Source: Bacteroidota bacterium (GTDB lineage: Bacteria > Bacteroidota > Bacteroidia > UBA7662 > CANHCV01). From it: a stretch of 64,000 nucleotides of DNA. Positions 48,387 to 58,417 of the stretch are shown in pieces. The position numbers and the translations under genes are program-made. The notes beneath the pieces were generated by a model. It saw only the letters and a program-made list of their open reading frames with translations, ran no database searches and was not told the origin of the DNA. The stretch covers positions 226,859 through 290,858 of the forward strand of contig CANMVY010000002.1 of the NCBI GenBank assembly GCA_947501265.1, written 5' to 3'. Position 1 is the first letter of the stretch. Every line of letters begins with the position of its first letter.

Positions 48387-49378
48387 TGGAATTTCACCAC
48401 TTCCCAGTCCCATGCTTCAACGGTTTTCCGTCCGTTTTCGGAAAGGGATTCCGCTAACTGATCATTTTTCAAGATGGATAGAATGGCTTTTGCGCCTTCC
48501 TGTGGATTTTTAGCTGGATACAGCAATCCGTTTTCTCCATTTTGAATGATGAATGGCACTCCTCCAACGTTGGTGGAAACAACGGGTAAGCCAAGTGCCA
48601 TGGCCTCAATGACGGAAATGGGAGTATTGTCGATGTTGGTGGTGCTTAAAAAAATGGAAAAGTCTTTGGAATATTCCCTCCATTCTTTTTTCGATTTACC
48701 TCCAGTAGTCCAAGCAGCATCATTCAAGCCCAATGTTTTAGCATACGCGTTGAACTCGCCTAAACTACCGTCTTTATCGGGTCCAACCATGGCGAGGGTT
48801 GCATCTGGAAATTCCTCCCTTACCAATTTTAAAATATCAAGGGCCATCAAGGGATTGTAAACCTGATTCATGGATCTTACCCATAAAATTTGGGGACTGC
48901 AGTGCTTTCTTTTATGAAATTCGTATTCCTGAACTGGAATATTGTTGGGAATCATCTGAAATGAATACCCCTTTTCTTCAAAAGTAGATTTCAAAAATTG
49001 ACTTACCCCAATATTCATGTAAGAATTAGAAAAGACATGATCACACAATTTTGGAGAACCATTGATTCTTTCTTTCAAATTACCACCTCTTAAAATTGGA
49101 AAATAAGGGATCTTGAAGAAATAACACAAGCGAGCTACCAGCCAAGCAAAAAAGAACGCTTTTGAACTATAGGTATCGATCAAAACAATTTGAGCCCAAC
49201 GGCGAAAGCGAATAATGGCAAAAGCCATATCCAACCAACGCAAAAACTGATTTTTAACCGATGAGGAATACTTCATTTCACAGCCAATATCCTTCAATTG
49301 AACCCCTAAAGTTTCAATGGAGGTTGGGTTAATTCCGCCGGTTTTACTTAGCTTATTTCCAATATAAATTACTCGCAT
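48341..49378 (-). CDS. family 4 glycosyltransferase
   Basis: A probable start at MRVIYIG, the typical GT4 N-terminus, in a GT-B protein. Confidence 0.8.
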   Translation of the reverse strand: MRVIYIGNKLSKTGGINPTSIETLGVQLKDIGCEMKYSSSVKNQFLRWLDMAFAIIRFRRWAQIVLIDTYSSKAFFFAWLVARLCYFFKIPYFPILRGGNLKERINGSPKLCDHVFSNSYMNIGVSQFLKSTFEEKGYSFQMIPNNIPVQEYEFHKRKHCSPQILWVRSMNQVYNPLMALDILKLVREEFPDATLAMVGPDKDGSLGEFNAYAKTLGLNDAAWTTGGKSKKEWREYSKDFSIFLSTTNIDNTPISVIEAMALGLPVVSTNVGGVPFIIQNGENGLLYPAKNPQEGAKAILSILKNDQLAESLSENGRKTVEAWDWEVVKFQWKSLFESAIQKSKS

Positions 49379-49438
49379 TGACACAAAAATACCCATAAAA
49401 TGAACTGATATGGAAAAATAATCCAAAGAAATGTACTT

Positions 49439-50449
49439 TTGCAACACATGATTATCACTGCCATCGTCCCTTGTTACCAAGAAAAAAGAACCATTGATTC
49501 GGTACTTTTTCAAATGAGCAATCAGGAATGCCCAACTTTTGATTTAGAAATTTTGGTCGTCGATGGAGGTTCAACGGATGGAACCTTGGAAATAATTGCA
49601 TCATGGGAACAGAAAGATTCTCGCATTCGCCTGATTGCCAATCCGCAAAAAACAGCCAATCACGCCTTCAATTTAGGCATTCATCACTCCAAAGGAAGTC
49701 ATTTTGCGTTGATCAACGCACATACCTACTATCCACCCCGTTATTTGCAAATTCTCTGGGAAACCATGCAGGCCACTGGGGCAGTTGGAGTTTCGGGAAG
49801 AGTACTTCCAATTCTTGAATCGACCGATTTAGAAAGCAGATTGGTTTATTGCATTTCTACCTCATCATTTGGAGTTTCCTCCCAAAGTTATCGCATCGGG
49901 AAAAGCGGATTTACCGACTCGGTTAGTTTACCACTTTTCGATAAAAAAGCCGTTGAATCGGTAGGAATGTACCATCCGGATTTAGCTCGAAATCAGGACA
50001 ACGACATGAATTATAAATTGGTTGAGGCCGGATTCAAACTTTATGTTACCAACGAAATCTCGGCTTCATACCATCCACCAAGATCATTCAGAAAGCTCCT
50101 GCACTATGCTTTCAAATCGGGAGTTTGGAATACCAAAACCCTCTTGATGAAATTTCCCTGCATGAAATGGTACCATTTTATCCCCGGACTGTTTTTTGCA
50201 GGTCAAGTTTTTGGCGGACTTTCCTTTGGCTTATCCTATTGTTGTTCGGCCTTTTCAATTCCTGGTTTCATTTGGGTATTGGCGAATGTATTGTATTTTG
50301 CATTAGCATTTTTTTTCAGCTTTTCCCACCTAAAGGCGAAAGGCATTTTAAGGCTTTTTCTGCCGTTTGGGTTCTTTTTCTTTCACCTGGCTTACGGATT
50401 TGGGAATACCATTGGACTCGCATACCAAAGAAAAATTCCTAATTTTTAG
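49439..50449 (+). CDS. family 2 glycosyltransferase with C-terminal TM helices
   Basis: IVPCYQE...VVDGGSTDG GT2 N-terminus, with C-terminal hydrophobic helices. Confidence 0.75.
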   Translation: MQHMIITAIVPCYQEKRTIDSVLFQMSNQECPTFDLEILVVDGGSTDGTLEIIASWEQKDSRIRLIANPQKTANHAFNLGIHHSKGSHFALINAHTYYPPRYLQILWETMQATGAVGVSGRVLPILESTDLESRLVYCISTSSFGVSSQSYRIGKSGFTDSVSLPLFDKKAVESVGMYHPDLARNQDNDMNYKLVEAGFKLYVTNEISASYHPPRSFRKLLHYAFKSGVWNTKTLLMKFPCMKWYHFIPGLFFAGQVFGGLSFGLSYCCSAFSIPGFIWVLANVLYFALAFFFSFSHLKAKGILRLFLPFGFFFFHLAYGFGNTIGLAYQRKIPNF

Positions 50450-50581
50450 ACGTTTTCTCAATTTGAAAAACTTTTTCCACACTCTCTTTTTTAAACGTTG
50501 GAAATTTGGGTAAAAAGTGAATTTTATAAAGTGAGTTTCATTCCAATTCCTCGAAAGTATTTTCTACTTTTGGGAACGACA

Positions 50582-50604
50582 TGGAAAGATTTATTCTTTC
50601 CATA
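50582..50604. promoter_or_regulatory. perfect inverted repeat immediately upstream of the sensor gene
   Basis: atggaaag-atttatt-ctttccat: 8-bp arms with a 7-nt spacer, ending 14 nt before the ATG at 50618. Confidence 0.3.
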
Positions 50605-50617
50605 TCTTTGAAGAAGC

Positions 50618-52936
50618 ATGAACTACCGTCCACGATTAAGTTTGATATTAAAAGGTTTGACCGAAATCACCGATCAAACAGAAAAACTATCTGAACTTTC
50701 CTTGGCGGTGTCTGAAACCATGGGATTTGTTCAAATTGATGTTCAAGATGAGCTTATTCCTTCCGAACATCACTCCCTTCAATTCCAGAAAGAACTGTTC
50801 TTTGCTGATGTTGCAAAGCTTTCTCCCCAGCTGTGTTGTTTGGAATTCGATTTCGATGAAAATGCACTGGTGTTCAATTCCTCCCTCGCAAAAATGGCTG
50901 GATCGAAATTGAACACCCTTTCGTTTACCTTCGGAAGTTTTCAAAATTCCATTTCATCCAAAGATCGCCCCAAAATTGTAACGGAACTCGTTAAAAACTT
51001 CGGAAAAAAAGAGGCATTCAACATCCCGCTTTCCTTAATAACCGGGAAAAAGGAATCTTCTTGGAAATTGCGTTTTCAATACCTCTTTCTTTACGATGAA
51101 CCGGTTCGATTGATTGGAGCCCTGATTCCCGAAAAACAAAAATTGAAAGATCATTCCATCTTTCAATCCATTTTCGACTCTGCTCCACAACCAACCCTGT
51201 TCATCAATCAAAACGGATTCATTCAAGCGCACAACCAAAAAGCTCGTCCTTTTTTCCAACGCGTTTTTGACCAAGAACTCGAAATCAACAAACCGATTAC
51301 CCAATACCTAAAGGGAGAATTGTATGGAATGTTTGATTCCATCATTCAACAAACCTTGCAAGGAGAGTCCATCAAACAATCCTATCACCTGAAAAGCATA
51401 CGTGGCAACCACCGCTGGATTGAGGTGAATACGTTTCCCATCTTTCAAAAAAGCAACCTTTCTTTTGAAGGAATTGTAGTGCAGTTTTCCGACATTACCT
51501 CAGAAAAATCGAAATCGGAAACGGCCGATCAGTCAACTCAAAAACTGAGCCTCGCGCTCGGCCTTACTGGATCAGGAGTTTGGGAATACGATCTCGAAAA
51601 CAATCGTTTTTGGTGGTCCAAAGAACACCATCAATTGTTCGGATTAACCGATTCTCTTGAACCATCAGAGTCCAACTTCTTAGCAAGCATTCTCTCGGAT
51701 GATCGTCCTGCTTTTACCAAGGCCCTTTACCATTCCATTCAAACGAGATCAGATCTCGATCAACAATTTAGAATTGAACATCCGCAACAAGGAATTCGTT
51801 GGATTCATTGCAAAGGCCTTTTTCATTTCGACCACGTGGCCGAAACGCACAAACTCATCGCCATAGAAACCGATGTTACCGATCAGCTGGAACAAGAAAA
51901 ACGCATTGCAAAAGCAGAAAGAACACTGAACGACCTCATCAAGGTTGTTCCTGTTGGTATTTTCAAAACCAACCTCGAAGGACTTTGCAACTTCCTAAAC
52001 GACCAAGGTGAAAAGATTATCGGAGTTGAAAAAATCGATGCTGAAGGATTCGGTTGGACCAAAAACTTGGATGAAAAAGATCGCATTCGTTTTTTCTCTC
52101 GTTGGCAACAATTGATCTCCGGCGTTGATGAACACGAAGTTATTGAAGACAACCTCGCTTTTTCTACCGAAGAAGGAAGCCGACAAGTGATGGTTCACCT
52201 CAAAGTAGAAAGAGACCTCGTTGGACAACCGATCGGATTTGTTGGAACTTTAACGGATGTTAGTCAAATCATTCAAAACGAAAAGAAAATCAAACGTTTG
52301 AATGAAATACTTGTCACTCAATACAACAAACTAAGAAAATACGCACACATCAATTCCCACGATTTGCGGGGTCCACTTACAACCATCATGTCCATCCTGA
52401 ATGTTTTGCGTTCCGGAGACACCAAATTGGATCGGGAATATTTGGATGCCCTTTTGAAATCTTCCGACAAAATGGATTCGGTGATCAAAGAGTTGAATGA
52501 GTTGTTGAAGGATGTTGAGTTTGAAGATGTGGTGGGCGAGAATTATGAAATTACGCAGTCACTCAACGTGATGTTGATTGATGATGATCCTTTTCAAAAT
52601 TTGATCAACAGCAAAGTTGTTTCCAATCAAAACTCCAACATTGTGGTTCACGATTTCAATGAGGCTCATCGGGCGTTGGAGTTGTTGATCAACAAAACCA
52701 TGGAACCCGATTTCATTCTTCTTGATTTATCGATGCCCATCATGAACGGTTGGGAATTTTTAGAAGAAATGGAACGCAATCAATTGGATATTCAGGTTCA
52801 CATCTTAACGTCATCCATCAATCCCAATGACTTTGTTCGCGCTAAATCTTTCAAAAACGTAAAAGGATTTTTATCCAAACCGTTGAAAGCAGAACTGGTT
52901 GATGCTATCCTTTCCAGGTACATTCCGTTGCGTTAA
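50618..52936 (+). CDS. multi-PAS sensor protein with a HisKA-type H-box and a C-terminal receiver domain, with no room for an ATPase domain
   Basis: Several PAS-like blocks, an H-box NSHDLRGPLTTI, then only about 80 aa before an REC domain (MLIDDD...ILLDLSMPIMNGWEF...LSKP). No G1/G2 ATP-lid motifs were found. Confidence 0.8.
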   Translation: MNYRPRLSLILKGLTEITDQTEKLSELSLAVSETMGFVQIDVQDELIPSEHHSLQFQKELFFADVAKLSPQLCCLEFDFDENALVFNSSLAKMAGSKLNTLSFTFGSFQNSISSKDRPKIVTELVKNFGKKEAFNIPLSLITGKKESSWKLRFQYLFLYDEPVRLIGALIPEKQKLKDHSIFQSIFDSAPQPTLFINQNGFIQAHNQKARPFFQRVFDQELEINKPITQYLKGELYGMFDSIIQQTLQGESIKQSYHLKSIRGNHRWIEVNTFPIFQKSNLSFEGIVVQFSDITSEKSKSETADQSTQKLSLALGLTGSGVWEYDLENNRFWWSKEHHQLFGLTDSLEPSESNFLASILSDDRPAFTKALYHSIQTRSDLDQQFRIEHPQQGIRWIHCKGLFHFDHVAETHKLIAIETDVTDQLEQEKRIAKAERTLNDLIKVVPVGIFKTNLEGLCNFLNDQGEKIIGVEKIDAEGFGWTKNLDEKDRIRFFSRWQQLISGVDEHEVIEDNLAFSTEEGSRQVMVHLKVERDLVGQPIGFVGTLTDVSQIIQNEKKIKRLNEILVTQYNKLRKYAHINSHDLRGPLTTIMSILNVLRSGDTKLDREYLDALLKSSDKMDSVIKELNELLKDVEFEDVVGENYEITQSLNVMLIDDDPFQNLINSKVVSNQNSNIVVHDFNEAHRALELLINKTMEPDFILLDLSMPIMNGWEFLEEMERNQLDIQVHILTSSINPNDFVRAKSFKNVKGFLSKPLKAELVDAILSRYIPLR

Positions 52937-54102
52937 CCCAATTTTTTCGGATTGTTCCAAACGGCTGAATTGCCGCGAAGAACGTACTGAAAAAAACCGA
53001 GAAACATGGCGGCATTCATCCAGAAAAAATGAGCTGGATACCTAAAAATTCCACTTTTTAATTCAATTTTCCTGAATAACCAATCAAAGGCCAATACCAA
53101 TCCTACTGCCAATACGCCTAAAATAGTATTCCAAGGGAACAACAAACCAAATCCAAGAGTGGCCAAAATCATCAAAAAGGGGCCATACCACCGCAATACT
53201 TTGTAACTAAAAAAATGGTAACCCACCCTACCCTTCCACGGCCAAGACATCGATTGAAAAATAAAATAAGCCATAAAATTCCCTGAACCAATGCGCTTTT
53301 TGCGCCTGAATTGCAAGATCGGGTCGCCACTAACGTACAAATCTGAAATCGATTTTTCGGCGAAAACTGTTTTATACCCCTTACTCAAAACAGTCATGAA
53401 CAAAAAGAAGTCATCAACAATGATGCCGTAGGGTACGGTTTCGTACAGATCTTTTCGAATGGCAAAAATGGAACCAATGGCCCCGATAACGGTACCTTGT
53501 TTGCTTTGCCGCATTTTGATGGACATTTCAATCCGATTGAAAAAACTTTCCTGTTGCAAAGCTTCTGTACGATCCAATGGAATGGAATGAAAATTACCTT
53601 GAACCCCACCAACGTTAGCATCTTGAAACGGAGAGAGCAGGTGGGAAATTGTTTCTGGTCTAAACAAGGTATCAGCGTCGGTAAACACAATCACCTCTCC
53701 CTTTACCCATTGCAACAAATCTTCCATCACCACGGCCTTTCCACGACGCTCTTGAAAAGGAAAAAACGTAATATTCGGATACAATTGAACAAAGCTTTCG
53801 ATGATTTCATTGGTACCATCATCCGAACAATCTGAACCAATAATAAACTGCAAACGATCCATCGGATAAATGGTCGTTAACATGGATTTCATCTTTTGCT
53901 CAATGATGTCTTTTTCATTAAAAACCGCCAATAAAACCGTTGCTTGGGGTTGAAAATCATGGGAATAATGCTGGCTTGACTTCGATTGAAGGAATTGAGA
54001 CAACGGATAAATGAGGTAAGTATGAAGCAATAAAAAAACCGGAATAATCGCCAAGAAAATTCCAATCCATTCTAGTGTACCGTATCCAATGCTTGCATCC
54101 AC
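52933..54102 (-). CDS. family 2 glycosyltransferase (membrane-embedded, synthase-like)
   Basis: An N-terminal TM, GT2 motifs (DCSDDGT, DAD) and a C-terminal TM bundle with an ED-like region. Confidence 0.75.
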   Translation of the reverse strand: MDASIGYGTLEWIGIFLAIIPVFLLLHTYLIYPLSQFLQSKSSQHYSHDFQPQATVLLAVFNEKDIIEQKMKSMLTTIYPMDRLQFIIGSDCSDDGTNEIIESFVQLYPNITFFPFQERRGKAVVMEDLLQWVKGEVIVFTDADTLFRPETISHLLSPFQDANVGGVQGNFHSIPLDRTEALQQESFFNRIEMSIKMRQSKQGTVIGAIGSIFAIRKDLYETVPYGIIVDDFFLFMTVLSKGYKTVFAEKSISDLYVSGDPILQFRRKKRIGSGNFMAYFIFQSMSWPWKGRVGYHFFSYKVLRWYGPFLMILATLGFGLLFPWNTILGVLAVGLVLAFDWLFRKIELKSGIFRYPAHFFWMNAAMFLGFFQYVLRGNSAVWNNPKKLG

Positions 54103-55268
54103 TTCTCAAAGATAACTCGGTTATCGAAGTGTTGAAGCACAAATTCCCTTCCTTTTTGGGATAGTGAGATGGAAATCTCTGGTTTTGAAAGAACATCTTT
54201 AGCAACCTGCAACCACTCTTCTACACGATTAGCCTCCAACAGGTGTTGTTGATGAACCAATCCTAATCCTTCTGCTCCAACCGTTGTGCTGATACAGGGC
54301 ATACCCATGGCCAATGCTTCAATCAATTTTATTCGCACTCCACTTCCCGACCAAAGCGGAACAATTAAAAATCCGTGTTTGGAAAAATACTCCTTAACCG
54401 ATTCTACTTCTCCCACGAATTTCACTCCAGGAATATTCCGATTTTTCCAATGTTCTGGCATTCTTCGGCCCGCAACAGAAAGCGTTAACGATGGATGAGC
54501 GTGAATCAAAGCGGGCCAAATACATTCCAAAAAAAACTCCAGCCCCTGAACATTTGGCATCCACTCTAAGGAGGCCAAAAAGCACCACTTTTCTGAACTG
54601 GAGAAATTCAACAATTGGTAGTGCTGCAACGGAATTCCTGCTTCCAACAGGTGTTGCGGGGTAGAAGAGTTTTGTTTAAACCACGTTGCATCGACGGTAG
54701 AAATGGGTAAAATCCAATCCACTTTTTGGACCATTTCCGATTCTTCTTTCGCAATTTTTGGCCATTGACCATTCAAATACCATTTTTTCAACGGATTCTT
54801 GGCTTCTTGCGCCAAACGCTTCCAAATAAAATGCTCTACGTTATGTGCGCGAAAAACCAACCTCGCTTTGGAAAGTCGTCGAATTTGCTCCAAATAAGGC
54901 AACCAAAATGGCCCATCCAAATGAATCACATCAAATTGGCTGTTGGTTAGTACTTGAGTCATGGACTTCATCAATCCAAGATCGTTCAAACGAAGAGCAT
55001 GGTAGGAAGAAGATGAAAAAAGTGATTTGGTGGCTCCCCAAACGGTTGGGCGTGTATTCACATCCACTACCGTACATGTTACCCCCGAATAATGAGAAAG
55101 ATAGGATTGAATTTCTTCGTCGGAAATCCAATGTTTCGGAGTTCGAATGCAGAAGAGGTGAACTTCATTTCCTGTTTCCAAATACCCTTCTAAAATGCGC
55201 AACAACCCCAATGCGCCACCATCCTTTGGCGGGAAAGGTAATCGATAAGCAATTTGTAGTACTTTCAT
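54072..55268 (-). CDS. family 4 glycosyltransferase
   Basis: MKVLQIAYRLPFPPKDGG GT4 N-terminus on a GT-B fold. Confidence 0.8.
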   Translation of the reverse strand: MKVLQIAYRLPFPPKDGGALGLLRILEGYLETGNEVHLFCIRTPKHWISDEEIQSYLSHYSGVTCTVVDVNTRPTVWGATKSLFSSSSYHALRLNDLGLMKSMTQVLTNSQFDVIHLDGPFWLPYLEQIRRLSKARLVFRAHNVEHFIWKRLAQEAKNPLKKWYLNGQWPKIAKEESEMVQKVDWILPISTVDATWFKQNSSTPQHLLEAGIPLQHYQLLNFSSSEKWCFLASLEWMPNVQGLEFFLECIWPALIHAHPSLTLSVAGRRMPEHWKNRNIPGVKFVGEVESVKEYFSKHGFLIVPLWSGSGVRIKLIEALAMGMPCISTTVGAEGLGLVHQQHLLEANRVEEWLQVAKDVLSKPEISISLSQKGREFVLQHFDNRVIFEKWMQALDTVH

Positions 55269-56659
55269 TTCTTCCTTTTGAAAAGAGATTTCAATCCACC
55301 TGTATCAGTATTTGCGCGAACCATCAGCATTAAACCCACTGGAAGCAGAAGGAAAGTAGCCAACCACATGCCTTGCCACGGTTGAACCTTGCCCGATTCA
55401 GCCATTTTCTCACCGATCATGGACGTGACGTGATAAACCAAGAAGAAAAGAATAGAAAACAACATTGGCATGCCAAATCCACCTTTTTTAATGATCGCGC
55501 CCAAGGGAGCTCCAATTAGAAATAAAACCAAACAAGCCACGGAAAGGGTAAATTTTTTATGTCTTTCTACCAAATGAGCTGAGATGTTATTTTGTTGGTA
55601 TTCCAAGTCTCTTAACAACATGGAAGTATACGATTTTACAGACGAAACTCCATTTTTTGCATCTTGAAGCACCAAAAGATGAAAAGAATCGGGAACCATT
55701 TTTTCCCATTGAAATGCCGAAATGGCTGTTGGTTTTACCCTTCCTAAATTGGAATCGGCAACGATGGCGTAGTACTTATTTTGGAATCCGGCCACCTCGG
55801 CAATGCGGTTCGTTCTTTGAATTTTTAATGAATCGATGTTGGTGGATAACTGCTGTACAGTAAGCATGGTGTAAACATCCTTAAATGTACTTTCTTGGGT
55901 TCTTGAAAAACGAAAGGCAGAAAGATCAAAGCCCACCTGCTGTTCTTTGAATTCCATTTTCATAGCAGGAAGAACGGCTTTTTCCCCGGCTTTGGGTTGA
56001 ATTTCTTGGTATACAAAACCATCGTACAACTTCAAAACAAGGTAATGGTTGTTGGCAACACTTTCCATTTCTCCTCGCTGCGCATAGACGTATTTGGTAT
56101 TCCCTCTTCGCTCGGAATGATCGTAAATGGTAATTTGTCGAAGGGTTTTTCCATCATCGTCTTTTTTCCCAACATGAATGGAATAACCGTCGATTCCGTT
56201 GTAATAAACTCCAGCTTGAATGCTCAATGCCGGACGTTGCTCTCGAATATCGTACAATAAGGTTTGAAACTTGAGATTAACTACCGGCAGAATATTATTG
56301 GAAAAGAAAAAAGCAAATACCACCCAAACCAAGGTTAAACCGGTGAGCGGACGCATGAACCTCCACAAAGAAATTCCACCCGATTTGATCGCCGTCAGCT
56401 CAAAGAATTCCCCCAAATTTCCGAAGGTCATGAGGGTAGCCAATAAAATGGCCAAGGGTAACGCCATAGGAACAAAGGAAACCGAGGCCAAAGCCATCAA
56501 TTTCAAAATCAAAATTGTATCAAATCCTTTGCCAACCAAATCATCCACGTACTTCCATAAAAACTGAAGGACCAGAATAAATTCCACAACAAAAAACGTA
56601 GCCAGAAAAGGGGCAACGTAGGCTTTCAATAAAAATCGATGGAGAACTTTGGGCTTCAA
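55265..56659 (-). CDS. LptF/LptG family permease (YjgP/YjgQ)
   Basis: N-terminal 3-TM, periplasmic beta-jellyroll and C-terminal 3-TM topology, with LptF/G family segments. Confidence 0.8.
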   Translation of the reverse strand: MKPKVLHRFLLKAYVAPFLATFFVVEFILVLQFLWKYVDDLVGKGFDTILILKLMALASVSFVPMALPLAILLATLMTFGNLGEFFELTAIKSGGISLWRFMRPLTGLTLVWVVFAFFFSNNILPVVNLKFQTLLYDIREQRPALSIQAGVYYNGIDGYSIHVGKKDDDGKTLRQITIYDHSERRGNTKYVYAQRGEMESVANNHYLVLKLYDGFVYQEIQPKAGEKAVLPAMKMEFKEQQVGFDLSAFRFSRTQESTFKDVYTMLTVQQLSTNIDSLKIQRTNRIAEVAGFQNKYYAIVADSNLGRVKPTAISAFQWEKMVPDSFHLLVLQDAKNGVSSVKSYTSMLLRDLEYQQNNISAHLVERHKKFTLSVACLVLFLIGAPLGAIIKKGGFGMPMLFSILFFLVYHVTSMIGEKMAESGKVQPWQGMWLATFLLLPVGLMLMVRANTDTGGLKSLFKRKK

Positions 56660-56680
56660 AACTGCTACAAAGATACGTTT

Positions 56681-57058
56681 TTATGCCCCAACTGCACGGT
56701 GCAATCGTTGAATAGACGTATCCCACAATAACTTCAAATCTTCCTCTTCCCCCACTTCACAAAAGTCCGTAATGAGCAACTCAATTTCTTCTGTTATTGC
56801 ATCAACCACGATCTGCAATTGAATGTACTCATCTGTTTGGTGGTAATCCAATTCAAACTTTACCGCTGCATTGATTTTTTTATCAACCACCTTCCCTTCT
56901 ACCACTTCTCCATTCCAATTGAAAGTCCAAAGATCTCCGTGGCTTTCAACCTTATCGGCAAACCACTGACTAAGAAAAACGGGATCGGTTAAATAGGTGT
57001 ACAACAAGGCTGGCTTGCATTTTACAGGGTATTCAATTTGCGATTTTATGTTTGCCAT
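56681..57058 (-). CDS. SRPBCC (START/Bet v1-like) domain protein
   Basis: 125 aa whose pattern resembles AHSA1/polyketide-cyclase-like ligand-binding folds. Confidence 0.5.
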   Translation of the reverse strand: MANIKSQIEYPVKCKPALLYTYLTDPVFLSQWFADKVESHGDLWTFNWNGEVVEGKVVDKKINAAVKFELDYHQTDEYIQLQIVVDAITEEIELLITDFCEVGEEEDLKLLWDTSIQRLHRAVGA

Positions 57059-57070
57059 ACCAATTTACAT

Positions 57071-58417
57071 TTACAGGATCTGTTCCAATGGCAAATTATT
57101 GAAATTTCCTGAAGACATCAAGAGCAAGGCCGAATTTTCTTGATTTCTTTGCTTTAAATTTTCAAACAATTCATTGGAATCGGTAAAAACCCTAAAATTG
57201 GAATGATTGAACTCATGAGCAACTTGTTCAGGTGGAAAAAACGGAAGTTTTTTCAGTTCCAATTGGGCTGGATTGTAGTACACCCAGGCTTCATCTGCGG
57301 CCTGCATGGCGTTTTTATACTGAGGTAGGAAGGCCGCATTTAAGGAACTGTACGTAAACAACTCAAATACTGCCAACATTTCACGTTTCGGATATTGCAA
57401 ACGAACGGCATCAACCGTAGCTTTTAATTTGGACGGACTGTGTGCAAAATCGCGGTAAATCACCTCTGAAACATCGTTCTTCCAGCATTCCATGCGCTTT
57501 GCAGCACCTTTGAACGATGAAATACCCCGGTAAAACTCCTCGTCAGACAAACCCAGTTTCTGGCATAACAGGTATGCTCCTTGAATATTTTTTAGATTGT
57601 GCTCTCCAAAAACTTCGACTGAAATGGAATTACCATCCTTGTTTAGTAGAAAACACTGCTCGTTTTCAACCCGATAGGGATGGGCTTGGTAACCTACCCT
57701 CTTCCCAGGCAATTCGTTTTCATCCATCAAGGCAGAAAGGGCAACATCCGTTTCATCGTAAACCAAAAACCCTTTTTCGGGCAACGTTTTCGCGAAATCA
57801 CGAAAGGCGTTCACATAACTTTCCCACGTAGGAAATACGTTCATGTGATCCCAAGCAATACCCGAAATCAGTGCCAAATGTGGATGGTACCACAAAAATT
57901 TAGGGCGAGGATCCAAAGGAGAGGTCAAGTATTCATCTCCCTCTAAAATGATAAGGGGAGCGTCGGAAATTTGCACCATGGTTTCAAATCCTTCAATTTG
58001 AGAACCTACCAAATAGTCGAATTCTCGTCCGGCTGTTTTCAAAACATGCATCAGCATGCTGGTAATGGTAGTTTTACCGTGACTTCCAGCAATCACCAAT
58101 CGAGTTTTATCCTGAGAATGGTGAGCCACAAATTCTGGAAAAGAAAAAATGCGAATTCCCCATTTCTGGGCTTCGATTAACTCTGGATTATCGCCTCGAG
58201 CGTGCATGCCTAAAATAACCGCATCCAAATTGGAGTTGATCTTTTCGGAGAACCAACCCAATTGAGCCGGCAGTAATCCATAATTTTCTAAACGAGTTCG
58301 AGACGGCTCAAAAATCTGATCGTCACTTCCGCTAATGGTATGACCCAAATGGTGCAAGGCTAACGCCAAATTGTGCATCACTGCACCGCCAATCGCAATG
58401 AAATGGTATCTCATCAT
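57071..58417 (-). CDS. mpl: UDP-N-acetylmuramate:L-alanyl-gamma-D-glutamyl-meso-diaminopimelate ligase
   Basis: Mur ligase N-terminus IAIGGAVMHNLA, GSHGKTT P-loop and a MurC-like architecture. Confidence 0.8.
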   Translation of the reverse strand: MMRYHFIAIGGAVMHNLALALHHLGHTISGSDDQIFEPSRTRLENYGLLPAQLGWFSEKINSNLDAVILGMHARGDNPELIEAQKWGIRIFSFPEFVAHHSQDKTRLVIAGSHGKTTITSMLMHVLKTAGREFDYLVGSQIEGFETMVQISDAPLIILEGDEYLTSPLDPRPKFLWYHPHLALISGIAWDHMNVFPTWESYVNAFRDFAKTLPEKGFLVYDETDVALSALMDENELPGKRVGYQAHPYRVENEQCFLLNKDGNSISVEVFGEHNLKNIQGAYLLCQKLGLSDEEFYRGISSFKGAAKRMECWKNDVSEVIYRDFAHSPSKLKATVDAVRLQYPKREMLAVFELFTYSSLNAAFLPQYKNAMQAADEAWVYYNPAQLELKKLPFFPPEQVAHEFNHSNFRVFTDSNELFENLKQRNQENSALLLMSSGNFNNLPLEQIL

